A stretch of DNA of 62,597 nt, the filler included, from Atractiella rhizophila (taxonomy: Eukaryota), in assembly GCA_021432655.1 (NCBI GenBank). It is 4 parts of 4 records of this genome, joined end to end, with 100 filler letters (N's around TTAATTAATTAA, not from the genome) between each part and the next. Parts side by side here need not be neighbours in the genome. Positions count along the whole stretch, not along the records: positions 1 to 27,961 come from MU271739.1; 3 more parts are not named here. One strand, written 5' to 3'. Shown here piece by piece: positions 1 through 11,798 of the stretch; positions within the stretch are counted from its first letter, which is position 1; each line of letters opens with the position of its first letter. Position numbers and translations under genes: made by a program. Below the pieces are notes generated by a model. That model was not told the DNA's origin. It did no database searches and was given only the letters and a program-made list of their open reading frames with translations.

Positions 1-849
1 TCCTCCGATCGCAGCCTATCCTCTTTCTCCACTGCTAGCAATGCAAATGTTGATCCATACGACGCTGTAAGCCCTCCCCCGCCTTCCCATCTCACAACGT
101 AATTGAACACGTGATCCAGATCTTCCTGCCATGGACTGTTCATCAAATCCTCAAAGATTCAATTGAAGCGGGAGACGAGGAGGAGGAAATGAGACGATAT
201 GCCGCCTATTTCGCTTTTGCTTGCATTGTGCACGAAACAGCACACTGGATGGCTGTTTCCGTAAGTCATTTAATCCACATTCGATGAAAAGTCTCACGAG
301 AGTGATAGCGACACGGGTATGTGCACGACAAAGAACGTGACCTTGCGCACGCGAATAAAATTATGGTCGATCGACAGAGGGGACAAATCACCATTCACTC
401 CCGAAATGACTGGGGAACACACGCGAAGGAGCTTCTGTTAGGCCACGCCTTCCAATTCATGTGCGCTTTTCTCTCGTTTCCGTCAACAATGAAGTCAAGA
501 TTCGCTGAACAAGAGACCGATTTCAGCTCGTATGCGGATGGAACTTCGGAAGTGGTGACACAGCGCATTCTACCTCTCAATCCCAATCTCAAACCTTCTC
601 TCCCATCTGCTACGCAGACCAAAATCATCGACTGTCAGATACCCATGATGATTGATATCACAAGGCATGGGAGCCCGAACGTCAGAAGCGCGCCGAAATG
701 GAGGACGGATGGGTTCCTCATCGTCACATCCATGTCGCCAGAGTATGTCCCTCTCTCGACCTCTTTCTGAAAGGAGGCTTCATATTGATGTGGTTTCCAG
801 TGCCGCTTGCCACCACGGCGCTTGTCGCTCCAGACTAACTAAGCATTGA
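1..849 (+). CDS. HExxH-motif (zincin-like) hypothetical protein, tandem copy 1, 5'-truncated by window edge
   Basis: Spliced reading VDPYDA|IFLPWTVHQILKDSIEAGDEEEEMRRYAAYFAFACIVHETAHWMAVS|...DWGTHAKELLLGHAF...YADGTSEVVTQRILP...|AACHHGACRSRLTKH*. Strongly similar to the gene at 2224-3614. Confidence 0.8.
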
Positions 850-2223
850 TATCCAGAGCACTAGGAGAGGAGGGATCGAATCTCGACTCACCTGCCCCTA
901 TTTCCCTGGCGAGCTCTCAATCAGAGCTCCTGTTAACATCATCGTGTCGTCTCAGTGTCTAGAAAATCGTTCAAATCATCGTTGTAGTCTTGGGAAGGAA
1001 GGAAGGAAGGACTATTTGTACTCTCTCTCTCGATCAGTGTCCATCGCATAAATTTTCATCCCGTCCAATCGATCCCTTTCCCTTAACCTTCCGTTCTAAC
1101 TGTTCGAGCAAACATCTAATTGCCTTCCCACAGGAGAGTCAGTCGGGCCATGGCTCCTCTTACCCTTCGGGAGAAGCGCGTGGGGGATACAGAATGGATC
1201 TCTGAAGGACCTGGAGGAAACGGAAGCACCATTGCTTTGCATCTGTCGCAGTATCATCCAAAAGTTCGAGGGCCCCGGTGTTCTCTTCCTTCAACCACTT
1301 GTTAGAAGGGAAGAGATCTATGCGGCCTCTCTGGGATACTGTTTGGTTAGAAGCCAGCTGTCAAGGTCTTCCCGCAGTTATCCACTGTCTTGGGATTATC
1401 TGGTTCCTTCCTCCTTTGCTGGCAAAAAAGTTGCTGGAAAAACTGGCGTTTCAAAAGCAAACTGTCCTGCAGAGCATTGACTTCCCAATGACATTGACCT
1501 GGAAGCTTGGCTCACCCTGAAACTAACTGTGCTGTAGTTAGAGTCACGGTGTCAAGTGTGCTCGCAAGCGCTCCGATCAAATCAAAATCGGGGTTTTGGA
1601 GTCAAGATCTACGTTCTTTCACTAAAGTTCTTGATCGCTTCTAATTCGCTTACGGAACACAGAGATCAGAGGTCCTACGTGCCGTTTCTGCTGCAGACAG
1701 CTGGCGCTTTTGGGTATGAAAGCCCTCCTGACATGCTTTGCTTGGCTGCCAGATGGAAGAGGAAAGTTGGGGGATACCGAGAACGTTCCAAAGTTTCATT
1801 GTTTTAAATTGTTCCAAAGCGTTGGAAGATCTTCTAACCGTGAAAGAGAAGCGGGAAGAGTAAAAGTTCGTTATAAATCCATAAATCCTAGAGAGGCTCC
1901 TGCGTTGCATCCTCGCGTGTCCTGCATGATCTGGCCCAGGTTGATATCAAGAGGCCGTGTCGATGGATCGGGACAGGATTGCCACATTCTCATCCTGTCC
2001 CGCCTAAAACCTCTGTTGGGCTGTGGCTGAGAAAGGAGGTGGAACGGCATCATTTCATGGGATTATATGCCAAACAATGCTTCCCCGGGCGTAAATTGCT
2101 AACGGCCATCTCGTACACCTTGAGCTTCCAGAACCATCCGTTATAAAGCTCTCCATCTGTCTTTGCATTCTCCCTCTTCCTTCGCCACTACCCTAACAGA
2201 TAGACCCCCCTCAACACCACAGC

Positions 2224-3614
2224 ATGCTCTCCCCAATTCAGCAAAAGTCGCCAAAAGGCAAACTACTCGCTTCGAAAGACTTCACAAACTACCGATTCGT
2301 CGATTCTCCAGTCGCTGGCATCGCAGACCGTTTCTTCGCCTTCCTCGCTTCAGATTTGCCAGCTGCGACTGAATGCAGATTCGCTTACGCTACCTCCTTC
2401 CTTGGACGCCCACCGGGAAGTCTTGGGGATTATCTCGTCGATGAAGAGCTGGACAGGAACATCAAAGACTTCTTTGGCAGACCGCCAAAGGTTGTGCTTG
2501 CACAAGGTCGGTCATTTCTTCTTTCAAACCTCCGGCCCCCTTTCCGGCTGCTTCTAGTTTGAATGAAACGACCATGATCAATGCATGAATGGACATTAAT
2601 GGGCATTAATGAACGGCGGGATAGGTCCAATGAAGCCTTATGGTCTTCTTTCCCGACCATCTGATTCAAGTTCAGACGGCGCGTCGTCGCGTTCCAATTC
2701 CATCTCTCAACCCAACCAAGTCGACCCATATGAAGCAGTATGCCTGTTCTTCCATGATCTTGAGAAGTCCTCATGTGACTCCAGATCTTTCTTCCGTGGA
2801 CCGTCCATCAGAACCTGAAAGACGCCATTGCGGGCGGAGAAGAGGAGGACGAGGCGAGGCGCTACGCTGCTTACTTCTCATTTGCTTGTCTTGTCCACGA
2901 AACGGGTCCGTCTTTTGCATTTTTCCGTCTAGTCGATGGGTAACCGATATCTGTTCCGAATAGCGCATTGGGTGGCTGTTTCTGTTCGTCTTTCTTCCTG
3001 TCTCTGCGTCCAATGTCACCCATTGAGACTGGGAGTGTAGAGGCATGGATACATTCCTCACAAAGATCGCACAGAAAATGTGACGAGCTTAGTGGTGGAT
3101 CGGCAACTTGGGCAAGTAGTGATTCACCGTCGGTAGGTCACTCTGTTTGCTGTAATTTCGTTCGCTTATTGATGTCGATAATGAAGTGACGATTGGGGTA
3201 TCATCGCCAAAGAGCTCTTGTTGGGACATGCATTCTGCTACATTGTTCGTCTCCCGTTCCCATTCTCCAAACCGGCTGACAATGTTCTACAGAGCTACGC
3301 AGATGGAACATCAGAAGTAGTGACCCAACGAATCCTCCCCGTCAATCCCAAACTCAAACCGTCCCTACCATCTGCCGTCCAGACCAAGATCATTGATTGT
3401 GAAATACCGACGATGACTGACATCACGAGGTATGGGAGCCCAAATGTTCGGGAACCGCCGAAGTGGAGGGATGGGGGGTTCTTGGTAGTAACTGCAGTCA
3501 CACCTTTGTAAGTCGTTGATCTGGCCATCATATTTCAAACATTGAAAATTGACTTTGAACGTTGGGGATAGTTCGGTCTGCCACCATGGCGATTGCACCA
3601 TCATGAGGACTTGA
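2224..3614 (+). CDS. HExxH-motif (zincin-like) hypothetical protein, tandem copy 2
   Basis: MLSPIQQK... start. Exons IFLPWTVHQNLKDAIAGGEEEDEARRYAAYFSFACLVHET|AHWVAVS, DWGIIAKELLLGHAF, YADGTSEVVTQRILPVNPKLKPSLPS, and last exon SVCHHGDCTIMRT*. Splicing near 2510-2620 is uncertain. Confidence 0.8.
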
Positions 3615-5161
3615 GGCGGAGCCTTGTCCAACGACAGGGGATGAGGACAGTCGTGAATGTCCAATTCTCTACGTTCACGTTACGTTCAGCTACGACTACG
3701 ATTTCGACGTTTCGGTCTCCTCGATTCACTTTTGCGGCCTTCTTCTCGGTATATCACCTCCAACTCGTCTTCAAAGTGTTTCGTCAACCACAGATACCGA
3801 CTTTCGTATTTCATGCGGGATACGATATTTCTATTTGGGTTGGAGCAGGTTGGAGTCTCGGTGCTAGTGTCATTGCGTCTGTTTATCTTCTCATGGCATT
3901 TCCTCCAAATTAAGTGGTTTGTGATGCTGGTAGAGCGTCCGTTGCATTTTTCTTCCTACTGTTTCGTCATTTCCCTCAGCTTCCGAATGATTTATGAGAA
4001 AGGAGGGATCGTATTGCGCTCCGTCGAGGTCTATTTGTATTGATTGCACGCGACTCGAATAGATTGTTGCAATATAAGTCTCATCGCTCTTCGAATCTCA
4101 ATGTACGATGTGGTTTTTGTTTTCTTACTCTTGCACGATTGCTCTCATATATCCGTTTGTTTGAGGTGCCTGAATTCAGTTAAGTTCAGTGCTTTCACCT
4201 GAGAGACTGGAAGGCGTCGTGTTCTGCGGTGTATTGTCATGGACAGGAAAAGCTAAACTAGAATGTTGTCTAATGAGATTAGCGACGCATTATTGTCCAA
4301 GGAGAAGAGTAAGGGAGATTGGTGTGATTTGTGGTTTGCTTAGCTGACTGCTTGGGCAAATGGATGGATGAGCTTTCTTCCTTAACATTTAGCAGTGCAT
4401 CAGGGCCAGATCTATTGTCAGTGGACCCAGTTCATAATTGAAATCTCCACCTAGACCTAGGCCATCAACAAACCCTGAACTCGATACTGAGTTGACAATA
4501 TAAACAATCTTCATCACGTTTGTTAGTACCCAAGACAACATAAAGGAATTTGATATTTTCCACGTGCAACTCTGATCGAGTCAAATCCTCCTTTGTCCCA
4601 AAGGAAAGGAACGACCATCTGGTTCTGCACTTCACTTCACACTCGTAAACGGTTAAGTGAGTAATGGAGACATGTTATTAGATGACTGGAGCGGTGGGTT
4701 AATAGGATGGAAGAATCCTTGCAGCTTCATGGTGCGTCGTCTCCTAAACTTGAATCAGGGTAGCCTTTCTCTTGCGTTCGAGTCTGCTCTTCCTTTGTTC
4801 GCATGGATACGAGAGAATGAATGATCATTCCATGCGAGACACGGTGATGTACTTATAACAAGACTGACAACTCCATCAAAATGGTGCACTAAATGAGCCG
4901 CACTAAAAGCCAATATCCAATATCAAACGATCCCAACTTGTACTTCTTTTGAATCATCTCCAGAGGAATAATTGAATAAATCTTCTCTGGGGGAAATAAT
5001 ACCAAGTCACGACAAGCAATGAAGGCGTATGTACACGACATAAGGGGGAATGAAGCAACACATCATGATGGACCAAAACTGCACTAGCTATCTCAAGCTT
5101 CCCTTTACTTCTACTGCCCTCTCAAAGAAACCTTCCATAAATAGAAAACGAGGTTCTAGTT

Positions 5162-6948
5162 CTAGTTTTGGTATTTATCCATCTCTTCGTGTTCGTCCCT
5201 CCCAATCTTCATGATGCCGATCCCCTTCTCCGCTTCTCCTAGGTCGTAGTACTTCTCAGTCATCGAAGAATCGTCACCTGCTCCTGTTCGGCTCCCTTCC
5301 TGTGAAGGCGACGTGTTCCCAGGAAGAGAAACCATTTGGAGGTCCGTGCGATCAGACGTAACTTGGGTGTGCACCTGTTGCATCAACACTCACATCAACA
5401 CTTAACTCTTCTCTTGGGAATTATGATATGATGCTGTAGGGAGCACTGGGGAGGAATAGGGCACGAACATGTACATTTGTGTCCGCCCCAAAAGTATCGA
5501 GCCCCAAAGATCGTGCTGACTTTGCTTTCTTCGCGTTCTTCTGTGCCACATACGCTCGAATCTTTGCGGATTCTTCGGAAGGATCTGATGACATTTGAGA
5601 ACGGTTGGCGCGGTTGATCGTGGGTGAATGCAGTCGGTTCATGATCATGAGAACACAGTTGACTGTCATGATAAATGCTTGTTAGGCGAAAAATAGAGAG
5701 AACTCAATGTTCAAACACGAACTGTAAGTCTTCACGACGATGAAGTTGGAGCCGATGTGGTAGAGCTTGTCTTTGTATGTCCTGCATAGAGAGTCAGATC
5801 ACAATTCGGGTTCTGCGGATTTGGAAGTGGGACATACAAAGAAAGTATCAAGTCTGTAATTTGGACAATGGAGGGCAAGAGTCCCGTCTCTAGCGTCGTC
5901 CTGACCCACTACCCATCCACAGTTAGACCAGTGAAATGTGAAAGTGTAGAGTTAGGGACGGACCTTGCCGACTAGTTTCTCCGTCTTCTCAAAGTCCGTC
6001 TCCCTCTGTTGCATCTTCAAATAAAAGATGAGCAAGAAGCAGAGCGTGAAGTCGCAGACTGAAGCGCCTCCTAGCCAGAACGAAGCACTGTATGAGAGGT
6101 CGGGGTACCATGTTGGCAAGGCGCGAGTTGTCACGATTCCAGTCCAGATGGCGCCGCTGAACCCAAAGAGGGAAACGCAAAGTAGGATAGCTAGTAGACT
6201 GTCCGAACAAAAAAGGCATGAGACGAGCACGCGACCATAAAGAAACGAAAGAAAGGTGACTGGAGACTAACGCGAGAACCATCCTTCGATATTTCCAGTA
6301 TTTGGAGACGCGGTACAGACGGCGCATATATGTGATATGTGTCAGTGTTGCCTTCCCTCATCGTTACTCGCTTGTGGTTCAAAGAAAGCGGCAGACAAAC
6401 GATGAAGCCTCCAAGGATCGTGAGCCCAAATACTGTTTTTGGGACATGGTCAACCGCGAGACCGTGCACCAGGCCGTCCGCGATGTAGTCGGCAGCAAAT
6501 GAAAATTTGAGGATCCTTTACGTCAAAAGAATGAGCAGCGGGCATGAGATGGCAGTGGAACCTACATGTCAATTCTATGCCCAGCATGGAGTCAGTTTCT
6601 GCCAGTTGAGGAGAGCAGAAGGTGCGCACATGTCTGCAACCAAGAAGAGGTACAGGAACACATATGTGACCCTCGTCGAAGATGAAGGCGGTAATCGTGC
6701 CATCTTTCGAAAGACGAGGTAGCTTGCGTGTCATTGAGCCTTTCATAAGACAACATGTAGCTTCACTCACAACTGCGAGCTCGTGTCAGCCATGGTATAA
6801 TGCAGGAAATTAAATGGAACTGCCCTACCTGCACAAGAGAAATACCAAATAGGGTAGTCGTAATGTACATCCCTATCTCAAGAGGGAGGATACCTTCCCT
6901 CGCCAACTTGTAGGTGTAAGGGATATGATCAGGAAGTTCAGACGACAT
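5162..6948 (-). CDS. Multi-pass membrane protein, DUF6534-like (basidiomycete 7-TM family)
   Basis: Exons MSSELPDH...LEIGMYITTTLFGISLVQ, SASFWLGGASVCDFTLCFLLIFYLK...TEKLVGKV, TTLETGLLPSIVQ, VNCVLMIMNR. This is the typical hydrophobic pattern of the family. Confidence 0.7.
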
Positions 6949-7968
6949 GTCTGCTGCAATCGCTGTGACTGAGTGGCTGAAAGAGTCGACAAAAAGGAAC
7001 GAGTCTGGAGACTGAGGAGAGGGAGGAAGAAGAGAGTGACCGTTCTTATGCTCGGGCTGGATGAGATCAAGCAAGTTGAAAATTCCTTCTCGTCGTTCTC
7101 ATTTCTACCCATTACGTTTAGTGCCTAACCAGTTGCACCCACCTTCGCCCCCAAATCAAACTAATGGGAAAATTCAACCGTCCGAGGGCAAGGTTAAGGA
7201 TGTTACAGCTTGTTCGAAGTCCTGACATTGGCGAGCTACGGTGTGGTGAGGTCTCCGACGCACAGGGATTGGCGAACCATTTTAATATTTAGGTTGATCA
7301 ACGGCTTCTTCTTCGACCATCTCCGCGCAGTCGGATAAGCCCAAATGAGTGGAAGGACTATCCGAGCAAAGATTTTGTTAGAGTTACAACGAGATTGACG
7401 CGAATTTCAGAATTGGTTGTGCACGTTGATGAAAGTGTTATTCCCGTTTTAAGAGGTAGCTTCCGTTCTGGATGCTCCAACTCATATCTCGTATGGTTGT
7501 TCTCAGAAGCAGTTCCTGTTGGGAACGTTGAGCGTTGCACACCGTCTTCCAAACCTACATGCTGAATCACAGAATTTGTTTGACAAACTCGGGTAGGTGC
7601 ATGCCGAAATCGAGGGTAGTGTGGAAATTGCACGGTCGGATCTCGTTTCTGTGTTTGGGAGTACAAGCAGGATGCGTAGCAAGATCGACAGAAACGAAGG
7701 CCTGGTAGAAACCATGAGAAGACGACTTTCCAATCCAATGCTCCAAACTCGGACGGTTCGCCTGATTTGAAGCAACGTTGAAGAACTAGAAATCAGTGGA
7801 CAAGCAGCGAAAGAAGGGAGAAACCGAGAAAACTGCTCCATTTCGATTCTAATCGCCGGCCGCGACTCAAGCTCACACTTAAAATCACCATTCAGTTTGC
7901 TTGCAGAGGTAAGGGACCTCTGGGGAACTTCCTATCCACCGTCGCCACCGTCCGAGCCTAGCTACTCC

Positions 7969-10900
7969 ATGAAGACTAGTCAGTCCGCAATGAAGGTCAT
8001 CCTGTTGCAATTTGCTTCGCTTCTTCCCCTCATTAATGCCTTTGAGATCCGGGTAGCGAAGGAGACAAGTTGCGCTTACGGTGACAAGTGTTGGCCATCT
8101 AAACGACTTACCGATCCCATTCGTCGCCTCGTCTCTGGACGTAAAGCAAGATGGACCTCGAAAGACTACGATTTAGACTTGATATACCTTACTGATCGCA
8201 TAATTATTATGGGATATCCTGCTTCAGGCCTCGAGGGTTTGTATCGAAACGATAGAAGCGTAGTGAGGAAGTGGCTCAAGGAGAGGTATGGAGAGGATGG
8301 GTGGTGGATCTTTAATTTGTGCGTCTCTTCTTTTGCAATCGAATTTCGAAGTGCGGTGTTTTTGGAAGGAGAGCGTTAGAACTAGTATGGCTTTCCATTT
8401 CACCTTTGAGGTCCTTTGGCTTCCTCCCAGGGTGGAGCTGCTGCCATCAAAACGCTTGCATATAATACGACGCGAGCGTTTTTGACATTGAATGGCACAT
8501 GTGCTTGGTACATTAAATTCTCGCGTAGTGTCCAAATAATCTGCTGGACCCTTTGTTTTGAAAACACATCAGGGATCTGCTTTATGAAGCATATGTAAAG
8601 CACCATGATCTAACCTTGGTCTACACATACATTCCATTTCCATCGAAACTTGTTGTGCATCTCCTAACTCGCATCTCAAAGTCAAGTTCTATGCCAGCTC
8701 AGACTTGTGATACAGCGCATACTGTGAAATGTATGTTTCCTGCCTCGCTCTTTTTCAGTCTTCCGGCTATATTTCGTTTTGGCACTTCATGCCTTACCTC
8801 CAGCATACAGCTAGATGGTTTGGAAAGCATTGAGGTTAGGTGAAAACTGACACTGAGGCATGGGATGTTAATATGCCGGACGACGAGATGGGGCGAGAGT
8901 GCAAGAGTATCCCACAATTTATTCTGAACATATATCAGCCAAAACGCCAGTCTCTACTTGGACTTTGCCTTCCTTTTTAACTGAAAATGACAAAGAAAAG
9001 GCAACCTCACATTTATTGCTGCTGCTAGAGCAGTTCGGTCTGTGAACCTAGCAGCTCTCGTATTGCTCTTTCACCAACGTGAAAGTGCTGCGCTCCCAAC
9101 TCTACAGCTCTGGGCTCGTGTTTGTTACTGTTGATGGTGTCGAACTTTTGATGCCGCCTTTCAAAACAAATGGTCCGTGCGCAACAAGGTGCGCACGGAC
9201 ACATTAGGTTACCATCTTGCCTGTCCAATCTACTTTCACCATCTGAGTGGGTGAGACAATGGAGCACTGACTATGTTCAATCAGCTGTCCACGTTTTGAG
9301 AACCAGTATCCCGCAGAATTTTTCTCGAACCGCGTCTCGCGCTATCCATTCCCAGGTTCCACCTCTTTTTCTCAGGCAGAGTAGAATTCATGCGTAAATA
9401 GATCATCACCCCCCACCACTTGCTCTGATACCGATTTACGTGCACAAGATCAAAGAATGGATGCAAGGAGATGAAAGTCGAGTCTCAGTGATTCATTGCA
9501 AAGGTAAGTGCATTTTTTCAAGTCCAACATTATGTTCAAATCGTTCCTAGCTGGCAAAGGACGGTCCGGAACGATGGCCATTTGTTACCTCCTCTCCCTC
9601 CCATCTATGCCCAAACCGCCGCAGCTCGCGTCCAATCGCTCAGCCTCTCTGGGACCTTTGCCGTCCGATAGTCCTCACGATTCTACTGTGTCTCTCAACT
9701 CTTCGAGCACCAAGACTGGCGCCGTTGCCCGTGCTGGAGACGGTCAGAAAGGTGCTGGTGTGAGGGAAGCCGATCAAGAGAAGGCCCGACGCTTAGTGGA
9801 AGGCCTTACAAATCAGATGCTAAGTTCAGGCAAGGGGAATCTCTTATCATCTAAAGAGAAGGAAATGCAAGAAACTGCAGATGATCCCAATAATCCAGGT
9901 GGGAATATGAAGCTCGAACAGGGGGAGCTTCCGCAAGAAGCAGGGAGGAAAGTGCAGACTGGAGATGAGAAAGAAGAGGGAGAGAAGACGGCGAGTCAGA
10001 AGATCGTGGATAGTGTCAGGAAGGGGGCAATGGCTAAGGATGTAGAGGATATCGGACCAAGTTCGCAAGCTGCTAAGGAAGAGGCTCTTGCAATGGCTGA
10101 CAAACTCGCGTGCGTTCTTGTCCCTGACAAAACATTCGATCACTCATAGCTCCTGCAGACATGTTTTTGAGTACGCGAACACTTTGACCTAGTTTCCCTC
10201 GACTAATTGCATTCAGTTTACACACGTCTCAGCGGATGAAAGGTCGCGGTCAGGGCGTCTCGATCCCATCCCAGCGACGATTCATTGGTTACTGGTCGAA
10301 ACTGCTCAGCGATCAAGATCCCCGCCCTTGGATGAATGGGGAAGCCGGGAGAAGAGAAGGATGATCGAGCTGACTTGGATCAAAATTACGATGCCAGATG
10401 AAATGCCAGGATTTCCGAGGTTGCTGTGGAAGAAGCGGCTTAGCGTGCAGGTCTGTACTCTCCTTGTGGCGCGAGATGCTTCATTGAAATCCATGAAGGT
10501 CTCGCGCTATCGAAGCTCTATTGTGGACGATCTCGAAGCACAAGAAGTTCAGCTAGCGCAAATTCACCAGCGGGAGAAGGATGACAAGCTCACTGACGAT
10601 GACCGACAGGTTTTAAAACTGTGGGATGACGATGAACGGTGGGATGACCAAAAGTTAATGTTTGAAGCCATTGGTGGATTTAGGGAGGAGAATCGCTCCG
10701 CTTCAATAGATCCAGAAGTCAGTTTTACCACTTTGGCTGGGTGGGAATATTAAAAGCGCATTTTAGGCCGATGATACCATTGACGAGTATATTCCTGGTA
10801 GTACGAGTCGGCCTGGCAGTCCCATAACGACAACATCGGCCATGCTCTCAACGGCCACAACTCCATCCACGACGTCACTGTCTTCATCTTCAACTTCAGA

Positions 10901-11207
10901 AGCATCCACAGTGAGGGTACGAAAGCTTGTGCCGATACCGACGTCCAACACGCAACAAGATCAGCGGAGTTCTCTGCTCTTTGATGCATATCGCGAGCTT
11001 CAAATCAAATTACTCATCGGTGGACACGGCAAGAAGCACTCGAAGTTACCTGACGTGGTCTCCCTTGGCTATTTGTGGTGGATTCCCGGCTTTCACGTAC
11101 CTTCGACAGAACAGAAGGGAAGTATCATCTTCGACAGAAGCGAGCTTGACTTCTTCAAGAAACAGTCTGGGATTCGGAGGGTCGAGATTGGTTGGGCATG
11201 GGCTTAG
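7969..11207 (+). CDS. TEP1: PTEN-like phosphoinositide 3-phosphatase
   Basis: DLDLIYLTDRIIIMGYPA..LYRN; YPFP|DHHPPPL; P-loop IHCK|AGKGRSG; GVSIPSQRRFIGYW. A long low-complexity insert follows the P-loop. The start codon and first exons are uncertain. Confidence 0.93.
8319..9284 (+). ncRNA. 966-nt spliceosomal intron of the PTEN gene carrying a candidate structured RNA
   Basis: GTGCGT...CTGAC...CAG; removal joins WIFNF-CPRFEN in frame. Contains a 17/18-bp enclosing helix (8546-8563/9159-9176), several nested helices with G-U pairs, and a 9-bp pseudoknot pairing. Confidence 0.45.
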
Positions 11208-11798
11208 GACGCACACCCCCTCTAGATTGGATTCCTCTGTCATGCTTGCTTGAACCTTGAAGGACATTGCTATTACTCACCAACCAAAACCATTGTTGGG
11301 GATTCGAGAAGATTCGTTTTGATCTGGCTATCAACGACATTCCTTTCCAGATCGACGCCGGCATTTACTGAACGTTCCTTTTGTCTGGGACTCCGAATAT
11401 TAGCTTCGGAGCACGTTGTGTTGACTGCATCCACCGTTTTCAACCTCTTTCCTATATTCCCAGGTTGGATTGTTCTCACAGTTTTGTACCATCTGGTCGG
11501 GTCCGGCCTTATTGAGGAGAGGACAACATCTGGCCAAAGATGGACGTTTCTGGGCCTTTCGCTCCTGTGCTGTCAGTGCAGTTGAGATTGCCGTTCTTCT
11601 CCCGTGCAGATCCGACCGTTCGTTGAAAATTTGGGCTGAGTTTCGCTGAGAGGCCGAACCAATGGCAAAACGTATCAGAAGCCAAAACCGCCATGTTTAT
11701 CCTAAACTCAACGTTGAACGTTGAACGGGCTTGATCTCTTACGGAGCGGCGCTGCGTTTGAGCTTCTCGCTCAGACTTTCATATAAAACGATGACCCA

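Noticed and set aside
8925..8965. Group I intron R/S motifs (GTAGAGACTG on the minus strand)
   Set aside because: No matching S element able to form P7, and the G-U bias indicates folding on the + strand.
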